Source of the DNA: Blasia pusilla
Taxonomy: Eukaryota
Reading direction: 5' to 3'
Assembly (NCBI GenBank): GCA_050084515.1
Contig: CM114271.1
Location: forward strand, 19,592,001 to 19,656,000
DNA length: 64,000 nucleotides
Part shown: one piece after another, positions 63,801 to 64,000 of the stretch
Layout: the number at the start of each line of letters is the position of its first letter
Numbering within the stretch: the first letter of the stretch is position 1
Notes under the pieces: model-generated
What the model was told of the DNA's origin: nothing
Seen by the model: the letters and a program-made list of their open reading frames with translations, nothing else
Databases searched by the model: none
Made by a program: the position numbers and the translations under genes

Positions 63801-64000
63801 TTGAACAGTTTAGATCTGCCAATTAGCTCTCTGTGCTCAAACCAATAATGAAAGATTGGATTAAGGGATTACGATTTTTAATTCCATGTGTGAGTGTTCA
63901 TTTGAAGTTTTTTCTTTTTCATTCTGTTCTTGGGTTAGTTCGCCATCCTCGAGAAAGTTTCATGATTTTTGGGTCCCATGTGGAGGGTGGAGGGTACAAA
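60852..64000. mobile_element. CACTA/En-Spm element end (continues off the right edge)
   Basis: Starts CACTAGAAGAA exactly where the integrase frame is cut. It is followed by many ATGACT/AGTCAT-type subterminal motifs in both orientations. The other TIR is not in the window. Confidence 0.75.
61150..64000. repeat. ~350-bp tandem array, at least 8 copies
   Basis: GGGTGGAGGGTACAAA at 61895, 62244, 62579, 62930, 63281 and 63985, with a variant near 63635. Copies are more diverged toward the left end. Confidence 0.95.

Overview
Eukaryotic nuclear DNA from a land plant. The intron-rich housekeeping genes and the transposon mix suggest a bryophyte or other seed-free lineage, but this is inference and the species cannot be determined. 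Four spliced genes can be reconstructed: DBR1 (5' part, minus strand), head-to-head with proteasome assembly chaperone PSMG3/PAC3; mitoribosomal mS35; and an FYV7/CCDC59-like rRNA-processing gene. Most of the rest is nested, decayed transposons: copia RT/RNase H, a CRE-like non-LTR element with a restriction-like endonuclease, two hAT transposase relics and a hAT-type MITE pair, an intron-containing RepHel Helitron with several non-autonomous Helitrons, a CACTA end carrying a ~350-bp tandem array, and several minisatellites. The most unusual signal is a gypsy-type LTR group with three features. One copy has a PHD finger after its integrase. Two diverged copies show the same 3' layout: polypurine tract, a ~125-bp copy of the LTR end, AT, then the full LTR, which looks like a pre-formed LTR-LTR junction. 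A related solo LTR has an apparent 4-bp TSD. No rRNA, tRNA or CRISPR array was seen. All family assignments rest on motif recognition by eye; no searches were run.
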